Assembly (NCBI RefSeq): GCF_009914755.1
Contig: NC_060935.1
DNA: 64,000 nt
From: the human T2T-CHM13v2.0 reference genome, Homo sapiens
Direction: 5' to 3' (one strand)
The position numbers were made by a program, and so were the translations under genes. Each line of letters starts with the position of its first letter. Within the stretch, counting starts at the first letter, position 1. This document shows positions 24,991 to 39,247 of the stretch, piece after piece. The notes below the pieces were generated by a model, which worked only from the letters and a program-made list of their open reading frames with translations, made no database searches and had not been told where the DNA came from.

Positions 24991-27934
24991 GTTTCCACCA
25001 AAACTTTTCATAAGATAAACCTACAATAAAATAAATTCAGTTAATAAAGAGTTTGAAAACAGGATAGCTTCCTCGAGTGGAGAAACCTGTTTTCTTAAGT
25101 TGAATATTGGGGCCCAGCCCATCAGGCATCAGTTAACAAGAGAAGCACAGAAACCATGGCCACACCACAGCTCAGCCCATTCCACAAGATGTGTGGGAAG
25201 TGTTAGTGCAGTTCTCACAGTTAAGAAAGGCTTGTCTCCAGTAACTATGTAATTCTGTAATCCAAAGCCAGTGTCAACCCCAGCCTCACTCCTTCCGTCC
25301 GGCTAAGGTGCTGCGGCTCCCTCGGTACATCACGCGGTGCCTGATTGTCTACATATTTACAGCAACTCCACAGTCTCATTTACCCTCAGCTATTTGCAAA
25401 TTGTTACTCCTCTGCTCTGCCGCAGGCTAGTTTATCCTTTTAGGAGGGCTGGTGTGGGGAATGCATGCCATTGGAGGTGGTCAAAACAGAAGCATTTAGG
25501 CTCCATGGTTTGTATACTGACAAAATGGGCTTTTGTCTGGGCAACACATGTAGAGCCTTCAGTCTGTTGGGGAGGAGGGAGTTCAGAAAACTACCACAGC
25601 ACACATACTTTCTGCTCTAGGGAGGTTTCTTTTGTTTGTTTGTTTTAAACCTGGAGTCCTTTTTGGGAAAAGTGCACATGAATTCTGGTGGCCTGGCCTG
25701 AAATATCCCTCTCCCAGATTCTGGCATGCTGCCTTTCGGGATCTCCCTACATATCGTTTTAAATGATCATTAGCACAGTGTCATTGGTTATTTCAGTTGC
25801 TGCAGAGGGCATCTCATCGAGGAGGCACTGCGGAAAAGTTGAAATGTGACTGGACTCATATTAACCGTCTAGACTTCTCCCTCTGGTCATGGTGGCTTCT
25901 TATAATGGCAGGGGTAGAGGGGTGGAGGATAAGGGGACCAGGGTAGTGGCAACAGAAACATTTGAGAAAACGATTTTGGTGTTTCAGTAACATTTTTATT
26001 CTCAGCCTAAACAAGGATCAAGCTGCATAACACCTCCGTGGGCAACTCCCACCCAGTTGACTCAGGAAGAGCTCAGCTCCCAGGCCTTCGACAAGAGGCT
26101 CCAAACTGCCTCCTACTCCACTCTGCGTGTATCTAATCTCCCTCCAGTGCAGCTACTGCTGTCTAACTTATTCTCAACTGCTCACATTCCATTAGGTATT
26201 TGCCCCATTGTCTGGAAGTCCTCCTCAACACAGTCCTTGCATCTCTCTCCTACAGAAACCACAGAGGGCTCTGTAGCTATCTTGCCCTCTTCCCTCCCAT
26301 TTGCCACTTGGATTTGGCTTCACCCACTCAGGTACTGAGTGTCTTCTCTGTACCAAGTGCCATAGTAAGGACCAGTCACAAAATGGTGAAACAGATAAAT
26401 TGGAAGAATTTTTCCAATGGAGAGTGATGAGGAAGAAAGACAATAAACAAGTAAATAAATTAACTTTTTTGGATGCAATATGCACAATGAAGGAAATAAA
26501 GAGGGTAGTAAGCTATAGAGCCATGAGAGATATTTTAGTAGCATGGCCAAGGAGGAGAAGGAAACAGAGATATGAATTTCCCTTCCAAAATATATTTATT
26601 TGTCGCACTTCCCCATTCTAAATAAATCAAGATCTAGGAAATGGTTATTTTGCTACTGGACTGTCTAGCTGGCAGATTATGCATGAACCACCACTCAAAT
26701 GCTTGAACATAACAATCTAAGCATAAAACTTAAACCACATCTCAGCCATTTTGTTCCAATGCTGCTGACATCCTTGTGCATCTTAATGGTGACACACCCC
26801 AAGTGACTTGTTTTCCAGTCCTGCCCCGGACTCTAATTGGCTCTAGGAAGTTCGGATAAGCCCTCAGCCTTCTTTTATCTTAATTTCTTAGTCTGTAAAA
26901 TGAGGAAATTAAACTACATGTTTTATTAGGATTTTTTTCTAGTCACAAATTCTATAATTGAGATATTTCCCTCACAAGTTGAGGGTAACTCCCAGGAAAG
27001 AGCACCAGGGATAAAAACACGGTGAGGAGAAATGAAGAGATGGTAGTGCGTTCACGAAAAAACAATTTTGTTCCCCAGAGAAGCTACAAGCATGCAAATT
27101 TGGGACAGCAAAGCATGTCAGGCTACCTAATTTAACTGGTTTATCAACTACATTTTGATATAATATTGTTTTAGTCTAGTGCATGTCTTTTTAAGAGACC
27201 AAGGGGTTGTTCATAAATCTGTGAAGAAATTCTATTTCTATGCAAAATAGTATTATTTAATAATATATACAGTCATAAATTGCCAAAGCACTTGAATTTC
27301 TCTAAGTGCCTCTAGTGTAGGTTTCTTGGAGTGTGAGAGAGGATTATTATGAACCTTTGCAAATAACTCCTTGAGTCCCAAAGTCAGCAAAGGGAGCTTC
27401 GTGACAGGGGCATTCATACAGGCCATGGTCTTAGCACACAATTTACATATGATTCCAGGGCTCTACCTCACTTAATTGTCTTTGTATCTTAATGTCTTTT
27501 GATCAATAAATGCTTCATGGTTGAATGAAAGATTGAATCCCAGGTGGCACTCAGTTGGAGCTCTATTTTACATTGCAGAGACAAGACCAATTTGGGGGGC
27601 ATAGATGGAAAATTGGACTGAGAATTGATTTTAATTTTTTGTGCTTTGTACACATAATGTAACCTTTCAAAAGCTCCAGGGCCTTTTAAAAGATTTTAAA
27701 AGAATGATGTAGCAGACATCATTTTCCAAATTTATTCATGGGTTTAGTGATTTATTTAGTCATTTGTGTGTGTATGTGTGATCTTGCATTTTTAGTGCCA
27801 TGTGACACAACTTTTGAGCAATAATATTTTAGATGTTATTTGGTTGGGTCAGTTTCTGATAACTGGCTTCCATCTTGGAGTCTCTAGCTTTTAACTTAAT
27901 ACTTACACCATATTTGTGTCACTTCTGATTGACC

Positions 27935-28168
27935 TTTTTTCCCCCCAGTTATGATCGACAAGTAAGAGTTGTATATATTTAAGATATACAATGTAATGCA
28001 TTTATGCATGTGTGCATTGTGAAGTTATTATCACAATAAAGCTAATTAACATATCCATTCCATCGGCACACATAGTAGTCTTTTTTTGTTGTATGGTGAG
28101 AACACTTGAGATTTCTCTTAGTAAATTTCAAGTATGCAATATATTATTATTAATTGTAGTCACCATGC
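27935..28168 (-). mobile_element. L1MA9-like 3' end
   Basis: gctaattaacatatccat...ggtgagaacacttgagatttctcttagtaaatttcaagtat...gtagtcaccatgc. Confidence 0.8.
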
Positions 28169-28174
28169 ACTTGA

Positions 28175-28415
28175 TCTAGAGTTAGGAGGCATGGATTTGA
28201 ATGCTGACTCCACCACTACTGGAATACTGGTTGTGTGCCCTTGGGAAAGTTATTTAACCTTTATGTGCTTCAGATTCTTCATCTGTAAAATGGGGTAATA
28301 ATGATAACAACCTCTTCATTATTATAAAGACTTAATGAGTTAATGTTTGCAGAGCTGTTACAAGAATGTCTACACATAATAAACGCTATGTTTGCTATAA
28401 TTCCTATTATTATTA
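28175..28415 (+). mobile_element. MIR SINE
   Basis: tgtgtgcccttgggaaagttatttaacc...ttcatctgtaaaatggggtaataat. Confidence 0.85.
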
Positions 28416-28925
28416 GAGAAAGTATGATGATGTGCATTGATACACACAAAATTCATGAAATGAGATTCATTTAGAGAGGAAGGGAGGCAAACAGGACACG
28501 GGAATGTAACATAGGGATTTTCAATTTATATGTAATATTTTACTTTCTGAAAAAAGAGAAAAGGTCTATAGCCTCTGTTAAAACATATTAGTGTTTACTA
28601 ATTTTAAATGTCAGGCTTGTGAATATATTCATGAATATATTCTAACTTACCTGTTAAACTCTATTTTTTAATTGAAAAGTCATGCACAAACTACAAAAAA
28701 ACAACAAAAGCAACAAAAGAAAAAAACCTCACAATCACAATGTAGACTCTCTTACTAGAGAAATGGAAAGTAATTAGTGGTAGCAGGCCATTGGTAATAA
28801 TGTTCAAGGGAAAAACAATCTTTGTATTGTTAAAAAGTTTTAGAATCATAAAAAATTCATCAATACATTTGCAGTGAATGCTTTTTCCCCCTTGCTCAGT
28901 CCTCTTACCCCCTTATACTGGGGAC

Positions 28926-29392
28926 TGCATATATTGGAGATTGCTAGTTGTAATCTTTTTACATAGTAATAGAAGTTTTAGTTGGGCACAAGTCTATCAA
29001 TAAAGACTATATTTACCTGACCCTCTTGTGGCCAGGTGTGGTAAAGTGACTCAGTTATAGTGAACTGAATGTGAGCGGAAGTTATATGTGTGACTTTTAT
29101 GTCCTGCCCTTAAAGAGAAGAAACACATCCTTCCTTGCCCTTTCTCCCGCTTCCTACTTAAGGGGATGTGACTGTGATGAACAGAGCTGCAGCAGCCATT
29201 TTAACAGAAGAGATAGAACCTTTGTATTATATTAATAATGGCAGAGCAATAAGATAAATGAATTCTGGGTTCCTGAAGCCTTCAAGGAAGAGAAGTGCTG
29301 TCTTCCTTGAACTTATATGTGAAAGAGAAATGGCCTTATTATTTAAGCCATTTTTAATTTTTGGAAACTGAAGTGGTATCTTAGCTAATATA
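28926..29392 (+). mobile_element. MLT1J-like LTR
   Basis: ggccaggtgtgg...aatgtgagcggaagt...gcagcagccatttt...atggcagagcaataagata...tttaagccat. Confidence 0.7.
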
Positions 29393-29579
29393 AGCACTCC
29401 CGTTTAACTCCAGCACAATTAACATGTTCAGCTACTTGAACCAGTAAATTTCCTTTTTGTTACTTGAGATGGGACATGTTTGTTTTTGACATTTTCCACG
29501 AAAAATTCCTGTATAATGCAGGGCTGATGTGATGTAACATCTGGAGTCAGCATCCCTCATTTTAAGATAATTTCTTCTT

Positions 29580-30078
29580 ATTATCTACTTTGGTTTAACC
29601 ACAATCCCCCTACCCCATCACCTCATTTTCCCCGTGCTGATTTTAGTGGCCTAAAACAACAACAACTTCTTCTTACCTCTGATATTTCTGTGGATTCAGT
29701 CAGCTCAGCTGGGTAGTTCTCACTTGGTTTTTTTCATGTGTTACAGACATCACCTGGGGCTAGAGCCATCAGAAGACCCAACAAGGCTGGACATCCTAGT
29801 TGGGTCTTTTCTCACCAGTTGGTGACTTCTTTTCTCAACAGGTCAGACTTGTTATATAAGCCTGATTTCCTCCAGAGTAAGCATACTAGCAACCAAGGTG
29901 GAAACTGCAAGACTTCTGACCCAGCCTCCTAAGACATACAGCATTCCTTGCACTGTGTTTTACTGGTTTCAAGCAAATCAAAATCCCAACCCAGATTCAA
30001 GGGGAAAGGATCGCATGAATGCATACATATTGAAAGGTGTGGTTCATTGTGGGACATCTTTAAACACTGGCTGCTACA
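29580..30078 (-). mobile_element. MLT1 (H/I-like) LTR
   Basis: ttagtggcctaaaacaac...ctcagctgggtagttctc...ggtggaaactgcaag...cccagattcaagggg. Confidence 0.7.
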
Positions 30079-31579
30079 AATTTTCTTTTTTCCATTTTTC
30101 TTCTCAGGAAAAGTCCAGTTCCTTTTTGTGATCTGAATCAATAGAATAACTCATCATTACTCTGAGTTGCGAGGCAAGATTTAGACACAGGTGGTTGAAA
30201 GAACTTCTGTGATTTGTATGCTTCCAATTGTAGCCCTCTCTTTGTGTGGGGGTTATGGCCTTCCAGCTCCCCCATCATGCAAGGTTGCTTTTCTGCTAAA
30301 TCTTTTGTCATCTCTGGAACAGAACATAACACATTCTGAACCAAGGTCTAGATATAATGCAAGCTTCTCTGAGGGTGTGCTAGATATTTCTTTATAACCC
30401 CACCCCTGTAGATTTTAACATTGTTGTTTTTAGAAAAAAAAAAGTTTCCAGCTGGTAGATTATAAATCTCCTGGTACAGTTGAAAAAAAAAATTGTCCTT
30501 GATCATAGAAAAAGAACTGGCTGGATTCTATGCTAATCAGAGCAGACATCATTCTCTGTGGGGGGAAAAACTCTCTCAATGAACTACTTTGAGGTGAAAG
30601 CTATTTGAATGATTTTTCTGAATGACGCAAGGTTGAGCTCAGGAGAGGCAGATCAAATCTGGTGAAAGAGACTAAGATGTTGAAAAAGACTAAAATGTCC
30701 AGCTGGGATTCCTGCTAGTCACAGGTTTGCAATAGAAACTTTGAGAAAATATGGTCTTTTTGAAGTACAAGTTCTCCAGGGAAACTAAAGCCATTTAAAT
30801 TGAGAAAGTGAATAAAAGAAATAGTCCCCTTAATTAGCACATGGAGGTGTTAACTAGAACTTGGTAATAGAATTGTTATAAGTCTTTGCTCTCCTATTTA
30901 CTTTGAATATTTAATACTAGAGGCCAAGCATGACTGGAAGTTCACCACTGATAGATATCAGTTTGGGGGCTTATTTGCTTCCAAAGCACTCAATAAAGTA
31001 GTCATCAATCTCCTAATACAACTGTAATTTACCCAACATGAATCCCTATCTTTTAGGGGCTCAGGAAGGCCACCTTGGTGTTGGATTTCAAGGGGCATGC
31101 TGCATCAGGTATTCTACCTAAGGTATTACAGGGCTAGGGAAGTTATCTGGGGTACTTCTAAAGTAGATTCCATGAAGAAATTCAAAAGACAGACTCCCAG
31201 AGGCATCAGAGGCAAACATCTAGTCCAACAGGGCTAAGAACAAGAATAAAAGAATATGTGGATTGGACTTTATATCAATCTGTATCAGGCCTGTAATGAT
31301 AATAATAAAAATTACACAGAGAAAGACCTCTGGAAGACTAGCTGGGGAAATAAACTCAAGGAGAGATTGGATGTCACTTTCAAGGTTAAAAAGCCAAGAG
31401 GGTATTGCGGATATTAAATAGGAGGGAAAACAAAAATCACAGCAACTGCCAATAAAATGAAATAAGTTTTCATGTGGATGAAAGAAAACAATAAACAAGA
31501 AATTCTTTGTGATGCTATTCCTGACATGAACCTTAGAGAATTCTAGAGACTGAGCACTCAGTAGAAAATGTAATTCCTT

Positions 31580-31708
31580 GCTTGAATGTCTGCTTTTCCC
31601 TTTAGAATTTGAGTTCCAAGAGGACTAGGTCTAGGACTGTTTCTCTGGAAGATCAGAGTCTGGTACTTCATAGGTTCTTACTAAATGTAGAGGAATAAAT
31701 GGATAAAG
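31580..31708 (+). mobile_element. L2 3' tail
   Basis: ttagaatttgagttccaagaggactagg...tctggtacttcatagg...aataaatgga. Confidence 0.5.
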
Positions 31709-32379
31709 GAGGCAGGCCAGCTAACAAGTTTCCTCTGAGACTAAATTAGGAAAGAGCATGTAGTTCTAGTGGAGGAGAGTGGTGTGATTGACATTCAACA
31801 GCTGAGATGGTTTTCAATACTCATGGCTGTGTGTAACATAGACAGTATTGTTTAAAGTATGGATTACCTAGGAATTTTATTCCATTTAATATTTTAATAG
31901 GCTTTTCTGGAGAGAATATTTGTCCTGAATTTCAGTATTCCCAGGAGTGCCTGGAAAATGGTGGTATGCCACCAACAAGTGTGGTAAAATTAATCACCTG
32001 GGAGAATACAGTTAAAATTGCAAGGTCATAGGTCCTGCATGTAAAACAAATCCTGGCTAATTACGTTTTCATGTTTCTAGGATGAGCAAGTCTAATGACG
32101 TTGTTTTTGTCCCCCAGTTAAGGCATACTTATTACATGTCTAACCTGTCTCAGCTGCAGAGATCAATAGTTGGCAGATGTGTGGCCATGCTTGGCTCCTG
32201 CATTCATGCTGGATGTGGATACATTCATGTTACAAGAAGTCATGACTCTTTTCTCTTGAGAGCTCAGAAAAGTTCACAGAATCTCCCTCACTGTGCAATT
32301 TTTGGAGCAGCAACTATGGGCCAATCAGAATTGGGACTCAGGATGTCCCAGGCATAGAATCCAAACTCCGCAGGAGATA

Positions 32380-32760
32380 AAGAATGGCATTCAAGCTTCT
32401 CCACAATTTTGCATTTGCTTCACCAACCTTATCTTTCTCCTTGGCCTGACCCTCACACTCATCTAATGCTAAAGACCACCTGCAGACTCTAACCTTGCAG
32501 GGTGTTTGCCTTTCATCTCTATCTGCTTGGTGAGAACCTATGTTTTCTTCAGGGCCCAACCTCTTTGCACCACTTCATCTGAAGTTTTTATGCCACACCC
32601 TTTCCTTTTCCCCATTCCCATACCCCAGGGCAGAATTGATATTTCCTCTTCATGCTTCTATTCTACCTCTGTGAAAGACTCTAGAGTATGTCAGTTGTTT
32701 CCCTATCTATTCTCCCAGTAGCAGTGAGCACCAAGGCAGCTACTGCCTCATCTTGTACAT
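32380..32760 (+). mobile_element. L2 3' region fragment
   Basis: atggcattcaagcttctccacaat; ttcagggcccaac; cagtgagcaccaaggcag. Confidence 0.5.
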
Positions 32761-32853
32761 GGAGAGATGCACACAAATACACATGTATATACATACTTAT
32801 AGATGTATAAGTATATACAAGTATAAATGTAAATATTTATAAATCTATCCTTA

Positions 32854-32934
32854 ATAACAGAAAATATTTATTACAAATATTTAATACATATTAAATATGT
32901 CTATATAACAGAAAATATTTATTATAAATATTTA
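32854..32934 (+). repeat. 30 bp direct repeat (period 51) in AT-rich low-complexity DNA
   Basis: ataacagaaaatatttatta[c/t]aaatattta at 32854 and 32905. Confidence 0.85.
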
Positions 32935-35789
32935 TATCCATTTTTCTCATGCTGGCCTCCCCCCTTGTGATAAATATACACTAATTTAAGGTGTCTATGT
33001 TTAATTCTCCTTTCTTTAATCCAAGAAATAATGATAATGCCTCTCTGTAAAATAGGTCACTAACACTATTGTTGAAAAATATGAGCAAGCCCCCTCAAAA
33101 TGCTATAGAAGTAAATATATATTCATAAATTTGGATATATATGTGTTCATGAGAAAGTAAGCTCCTAAAAATAGCTGAAGGTGACCCAAGCAGCAAAATC
33201 CAGGTTTTTTGGGAGAATATTCACAGACAGCCTGACAGTCTTAAAGTGGATGGCAGGTTACTAAGAAATGAAACTGAAAAGACTCCTGGTCTAATCTGTA
33301 GGTATTCAAGGATGATGTAGCCTAATAAGGCCCCACACCAAAGAAGAGCGGATGGTGCAAAAGTTTAGACAAACATCACATTTTTGTGACAAATGTCCAT
33401 ATTTGGTTTGAAAATGCTGTTAACAGAAATATTCCCTGTATGTGGGATTTGACCAGATAATGAAGGGTGGACTCTACATAACCCAAGTGAGGGTGAATGG
33501 TGTGTTGTTTCAATACTATTTTAAACTCCCATGCAGTTACTAATGGTGGTACTTGGTCATTGAACCTCCCAGGTCTCAGGATAAGTGCCCTATGTTTAAC
33601 ACATGGAGGCCATAAAGACAACCTGACTTGCTGGTGATACAGGTGACCAAGAAGCAGAGGTCCTCAATCCTCTCTCTCTCTTATTTAATCAGATCGTTTT
33701 GATAGCCAAAGGTGGTTATTTGAACTGGATCTGGATAAGCAAGACGCCTACAGGTCAGTTAAGCAGTTGTACTCACCTGGGCAAGAGTTGATTTGAACAA
33801 AGGCTCTGGAAGGTGTAAAGGGAAGGTAAACCCACTAGAAAGAAGCTATGGAAGGCTAGAGGCCCTATTAGGGACTGAGTTTCTCACAGTGAGTGGAAAC
33901 CATGAAGCTAAGCTCACAGCCAAGCTTCATGTTGGTAATTCATGTTGATACTCTAAATGATCAAATGAAAATTGCATGATCCTCTTCACCAGCTTGGTGG
34001 TGTGAAGTCACTTCTTTTTCTTTTTTAATATTCAGGTAGCATAGAATTATTCTGAGACTTCCCTCCATCTATTGTCCAAGATTTCTACTTACTTAGTCCA
34101 AAGAGTCCAGCCCCATTTCTAAACTTCAGGAAAATAGAAAACTAGAAAATGATTTGTCTGGTCATGGTCTCATGGTGTGGCTGTTGAGAAATGGTTTTCA
34201 TGGTTTGACACATCCTGGTACCCTACTTCAGTGTTGCCATTGGTGGTCCAGATCTTCTACAGGGTGTATTCACTCTTCAAGAGTAAATTTCTTCACTGCC
34301 TCTAGTGTTATGTTCTGTTCAGAGTGTTATCTTTTAGGCTCCCAAGGTTGCAGTTCTCTAGTTGAGATTTTCTTCTACTTACAGCATTCCCCTGAGCTAG
34401 GGAATCTGAGCGGTCCAAAGGGAATTCAACCTTAATCGTATGTTTTTCCAAAGCCAACCTTCCAGATCACACTCAGTTACCCTCTTTTTACATTTAATAA
34501 AACTTAGTTCCACAGAACTGAAGAATTTGCCTGTCCACTAAGTGGCTGAGCAATGGCAAATTTGGGGGCCTGCCTCTCAATCAGACCAGTGACTGTCCTC
34601 TCCTCCTGCTACCACCTAGGCTGCCTGCAGTCCTCTGTGGCATGCACACTTTTTGGGAAACAGTGATCTTCAGCTGAGCTTAATGCACAGCACCCTGTCA
34701 TGATACCTTCATCTGACTTCTGTTTGCTTCCGCAGAACCAGGCTTGCTAGGGGTAGTAGACAAAGAACAGAAAATGAATAATTTATATTTGACTCTCTCA
34801 CAGAGGCTCCCCACTGGGTTGCTTTCTAGGAAAAATATTCCTGGCTTGCAGTCTCAGCGTGAGAGTATGTGCCAAGCCCAGCCCATTGTCCCCCTCTTCA
34901 CACTGTCTGAGATATTAACCAGACAGAAATATCAGGCTGCTGGGTTTGATTATTGCCTCTTTATTTTGGTCCCTGGGAAGAGGGAATGCTTTCTATCATT
35001 TATGGATAAAACCTCATTTTTCTGAGTGTTGAGTTGTTGTTGAAATGACCCAGATGGTAGATAAGGCAATAGTGGTGACTCTAACAAGACCACCAGAATT
35101 CTTATTTGGTATTATTGATGAGTTTCCTTTCTGAGCTTGGCTGTGAGGTATTTGTATTCATCTTCCTTGCAAGCCAATTTCCATTGGTCTGAATTACGTA
35201 CTGAGAGTTGAGACAGACCTTAGAGGCTTATTTATTCCATTTTATTCCTTCCTACTGTTCTAAACAGGTTAATCAATATGTCCTCGTTCTTTCCTAAGAG
35301 AAACTATATTTCCTTTCAGACCATGTAGAAGGGCAAGCCCTGGAATGCTATGTTGTTACCACAGGACCCAGGATCCTACCCTGGTCACATGTTGGTATCA
35401 GATGTGAGGATCTGACTTCAGGCACACCTTAAGCTAACCAGTGATCTATGGTGTAGCTTAGTGCTAAAAAAGTTCAACCAATGACTCTTAGGGGATAATC
35501 AGTTACCTTTCTGTACTGCACTTCTTAGTGCTGTAGAACAAATCATATTGTGAGCAGTGAGATAATAGAGAAGGACCATAATAGACATGAGTGAGCAAAG
35601 TTGTGAGTAATTTAAAACTATGAAGCAGCAGAAATTAACGATAAATTGAGAATGGGGTTGAAAAAGAAGTCAAGTAGTAATAGGAGAAGCAAGAGACAGA
35701 AAGAGAAACAGGAAGAGAGGGTAGCATAGTGCTTAGCCACGTTAATGGGAGTCTGCCTGTGACTAAAATCCCCAGACTTGTGCTGTTGA

Positions 35790-36128
<339 letters not shown>

Positions 36129-36279
36129 CATATTGCAATTTTTATTCTTGAATATCTGGCAAAGTATTTGTTGTAAGGATAACTGTATTGCCACAACGAT
36201 CCTTACAACAAACATGAGTTAGCCTGAATGGAACTCTGTCTCACAACTAACATAAAATAGCCTTCTTCATTTCCTACCT

Positions 36280-36720
36280 CATCCAATATAAGGATTTCCC
36301 TTATAGCATCCCTGGAAAAAAATCTATACACTGTCTATTTAAAGACCCAAAGATTGGGTGTTTTATATTATAAGAATGCTCATTTCATTTTAAATAATTT
36401 TATGGAGTCAATCTTGAGGCCGTTATCAACTTATCCAGCCCTTCCATTGTTTTTAATATTCATCTTGAGCCATTCATTATCCTTGAATTCTTCTTCAATA
36501 TTTATTTGTTTTTTAACCTAAAATTTTTCTGTATGGTATTTTTTGAGCATTAAGCTCAAGTTACTGCTAGCTTTTAATTTTCCTTTCCATTTTAGAATGC
36601 ATCCTCTGATAATTGATTCTATATAGATATGGTTCTTACATGTTGGTGGTCTCTGTTGGCCACATACTACCACCAGATCCTAAGTTCTCTTTTCAAAATT
36701 GTTTTATCCTTTATCTATCT
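36280..36720 (-). mobile_element. L3/CR1-like fragment
   Basis: aggatttcccttatagcatccctgg ~ antisense L3 ggaatcccctctacaacatccctg. Confidence 0.4.
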
Positions 36721-37731
36721 ATTAGCATGGCTAAACTCTCTTATACCCCAGCTATAAAACTTTATTTTATATTTTATTTTGTTATTTTAGACCGATGTCC
36801 ATGATCTTAAAACTTTAGTCAGATAAAGAAAGGACCATCTGGAAGAATCTGGAACCTCTAGTTATTAAATAAACTGTAAATCCTAAGGAGATACCATATG
36901 AAGGAGTAAATTTCCTCTTATCTTGGTAAAAATGTTGACCATGCTGTTTTTATGAATTCAAGCTCTGTTTATATCCTAAAGCTATGAATCTAAAGACCAC
37001 TCACAGAGATGGTGATTATGAGTCTATGCCTACCATGATTTCGTGCCTTTAAATTAGACAATTTTCACCCCATCACTCAGATAGTAGACAACAGAAGACA
37101 AATATTAGGCGAGTCTGTGGCCTCAATCGTGGTGATTATCTGACCTCTCTTGCATGGTTTCTGTCTGTATTGTTTGTATCTACTAAATTTCAGTGTTACC
37201 TTCCTCCAGAGCCTCTTGTCTTTATCTCCAACTTTTTTATGTCTCAAATGTGCCAGCAGATTTGGTATCCCCGCTTTTGATGCTTGGGATGCCTGGGAAC
37301 ATCTCTTGCATTCTTTGGCTTGCTTTGTTTCTGGATGCTCAGGGTAACCACCTGGTATTCATTCACCTCCCCTTTCTCCAGAAACAAAAAACATGAAGCA
37401 GTAAGCAACAGTGGCAACTTAAAGAAAGATCAATATGCTATTATTGCTATTTTACAAATGATCTTCTAGTTTTTGGGAGGTTCCAAGGGGCCATAAGTGA
37501 CTTGGAATGGAAAGGAGTTTTGGTGTTGATGTTTTTTTGACTTGTAAAAAGCTTAAATTCCATTATCTCCTAGGAAGCAGAAAACAACATGGCACCTGCC
37601 AAGGGAGGCCACATGGTTAAGGTGCAGATTGATGTGAAAACAATAGAGAGATGTATTTGGCAGGCGTTCTTACTACTACTATAAGAATGTAAACTTGTAC
37701 TTTGAAAACTCTAGTTTTTTGCTTATTTCTC

Positions 37732-37733
<2 letters not shown>

Positions 37734-37766
<33 letters not shown>
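37734..37766 (+). repeat. (TG)16 microsatellite
   Basis: direct. Confidence 0.95.
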
Positions 37767-37773
<7 letters not shown>

Positions 37774-37849
37774 TGTAATGTTATAAAATTCCAGCCATGA
37801 TCAGTTGAACTAAGAATAAAGGAAAGGGTTGTTGCTATTTTGTTTTATT

Positions 37850-37970
37850 TGTTGATTCTTTAAATAAATATTTATTGAGTGCCTACTGTATGTCATGACT
37901 GTCAGATGCTAGTGTTAACAGAATGAATAAGAAAGATAGAAGCCCTGCCCTTGTGAAAATTTCAGTCCAC
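37850..37970 (-). mobile_element. L2 3' end
   Basis: ataaatatttattgagtgcctactgtatgtc...gccctgcccttgtg. Confidence 0.75.
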
Positions 37971-38390
37971 AAATGTTTTGTAGGACAAGTTGAGGAAGAA
38001 GGACAGATACCCAAAAGAGTGATGTAAAAGTGACTGAATCCAAAGAGAGAAGTGACAGCTTAGGGACTAAAAACTAAGAGATCTTTGTATGGTTCCCATT
38101 GGCTTTTTTTTCTATAAGAGTTGTCTCTCTGAAGAACCCTAGTATTTGGGCCCTGAGAAGATTTTATTCCAAGTCATACTCTTATATTCTTGAACTTTGC
38201 CTGCTTTGCATACAAAAGGTTTTGTAGTAATCCTGATATAGATTCCATCCAGCTTGCCTGTAGTCTCTTTTCCTATTTTGAGGTCCATCTTCATCAGCCT
38301 CAAATAGTGATAAATGATATGGCCTTAGAGTATTCTCTTTCTTATTTGTAACTAGTCTTACTTGGCAAGTTCCTCTTTCTGAAGAACATA

Positions 38391-39247
38391 ACCAGCGATG
38401 TGGCAATAATAATCATCAGCTGTATCAAAAAAAGTGTGTGTATATTTGGATATAAATATGTACATGTTTATAAGTTTATTAAACATTTTACTAACATAAA
38501 GTATGTGCACTACACAGAATATGCAATACTCTTTATTGTAAATGACATTTAGTGGACTAAATCTAACAAAGTGCTTTTGTTGATTTTTGCTGAACCCTTT
38601 TATCTTCACCTTATCTATTGTTATTGATGAATGAGTGTAGTTCCAACATGAATATTGCTTGGCATTTTCATCTACATTAACTATTAAGATGAAAGTGAAA
38701 AAATGAAAACATGCTAGAATTTTACTCATTTGTCAGTGTTGTATGTAGCTTATTTCCTGAATTAGATAAAAATTTCAGAATACTGGAAGATTATTTCCTA
38801 TACAGTTACAGACGTGACATGTTTTTAAAGTATAATCTGCATTATTAACATTTTCTTCATCATATTCTTAAGTATATATACTCAACAAAGCAATACAGCA
38901 AACACTGATTTGTAGCATTTGCCATTTTCTATGTTGTAAATACTCCCACTGTGACTGATTTTAAGCTACCAACACAACGTTACTGAATGCAAAATTGGAA
39001 AGGGATGTGCCTTAGTGTACCATTATATAGTATTTCCATCTTACAGATACAATAGATGTAAATAATCTTAAGAGCATGTATTTATTGAAGAGTATTTATT
39101 GATGTTGTTTTTAATGTTTCTTGTTAAACTATAAATCTATATAATAAAATTTTTATTAATGGCTGTGTTTAACAATCTGCTCACCAATACCTGGAAATGT
39201 AATGACAGCTCTCGTAAGCAGTACAAGCTGGCTCTAGCTGACTACTT
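38391..39247 (-). mobile_element. MER63 (hAT-Blackjack) element
   Basis: gtaaatactcccac...aagctaccaac...cattatatagtatttccatc..acagatacaatagatgtaaataa...aatggctgtgtttaacaa. Confidence 0.75.

Noticed and set aside
33901-33931. 9 bp inverted repeat catgaagct/agcttcatg
   Set aside because: Stems of this length are expected by chance in 64 kb
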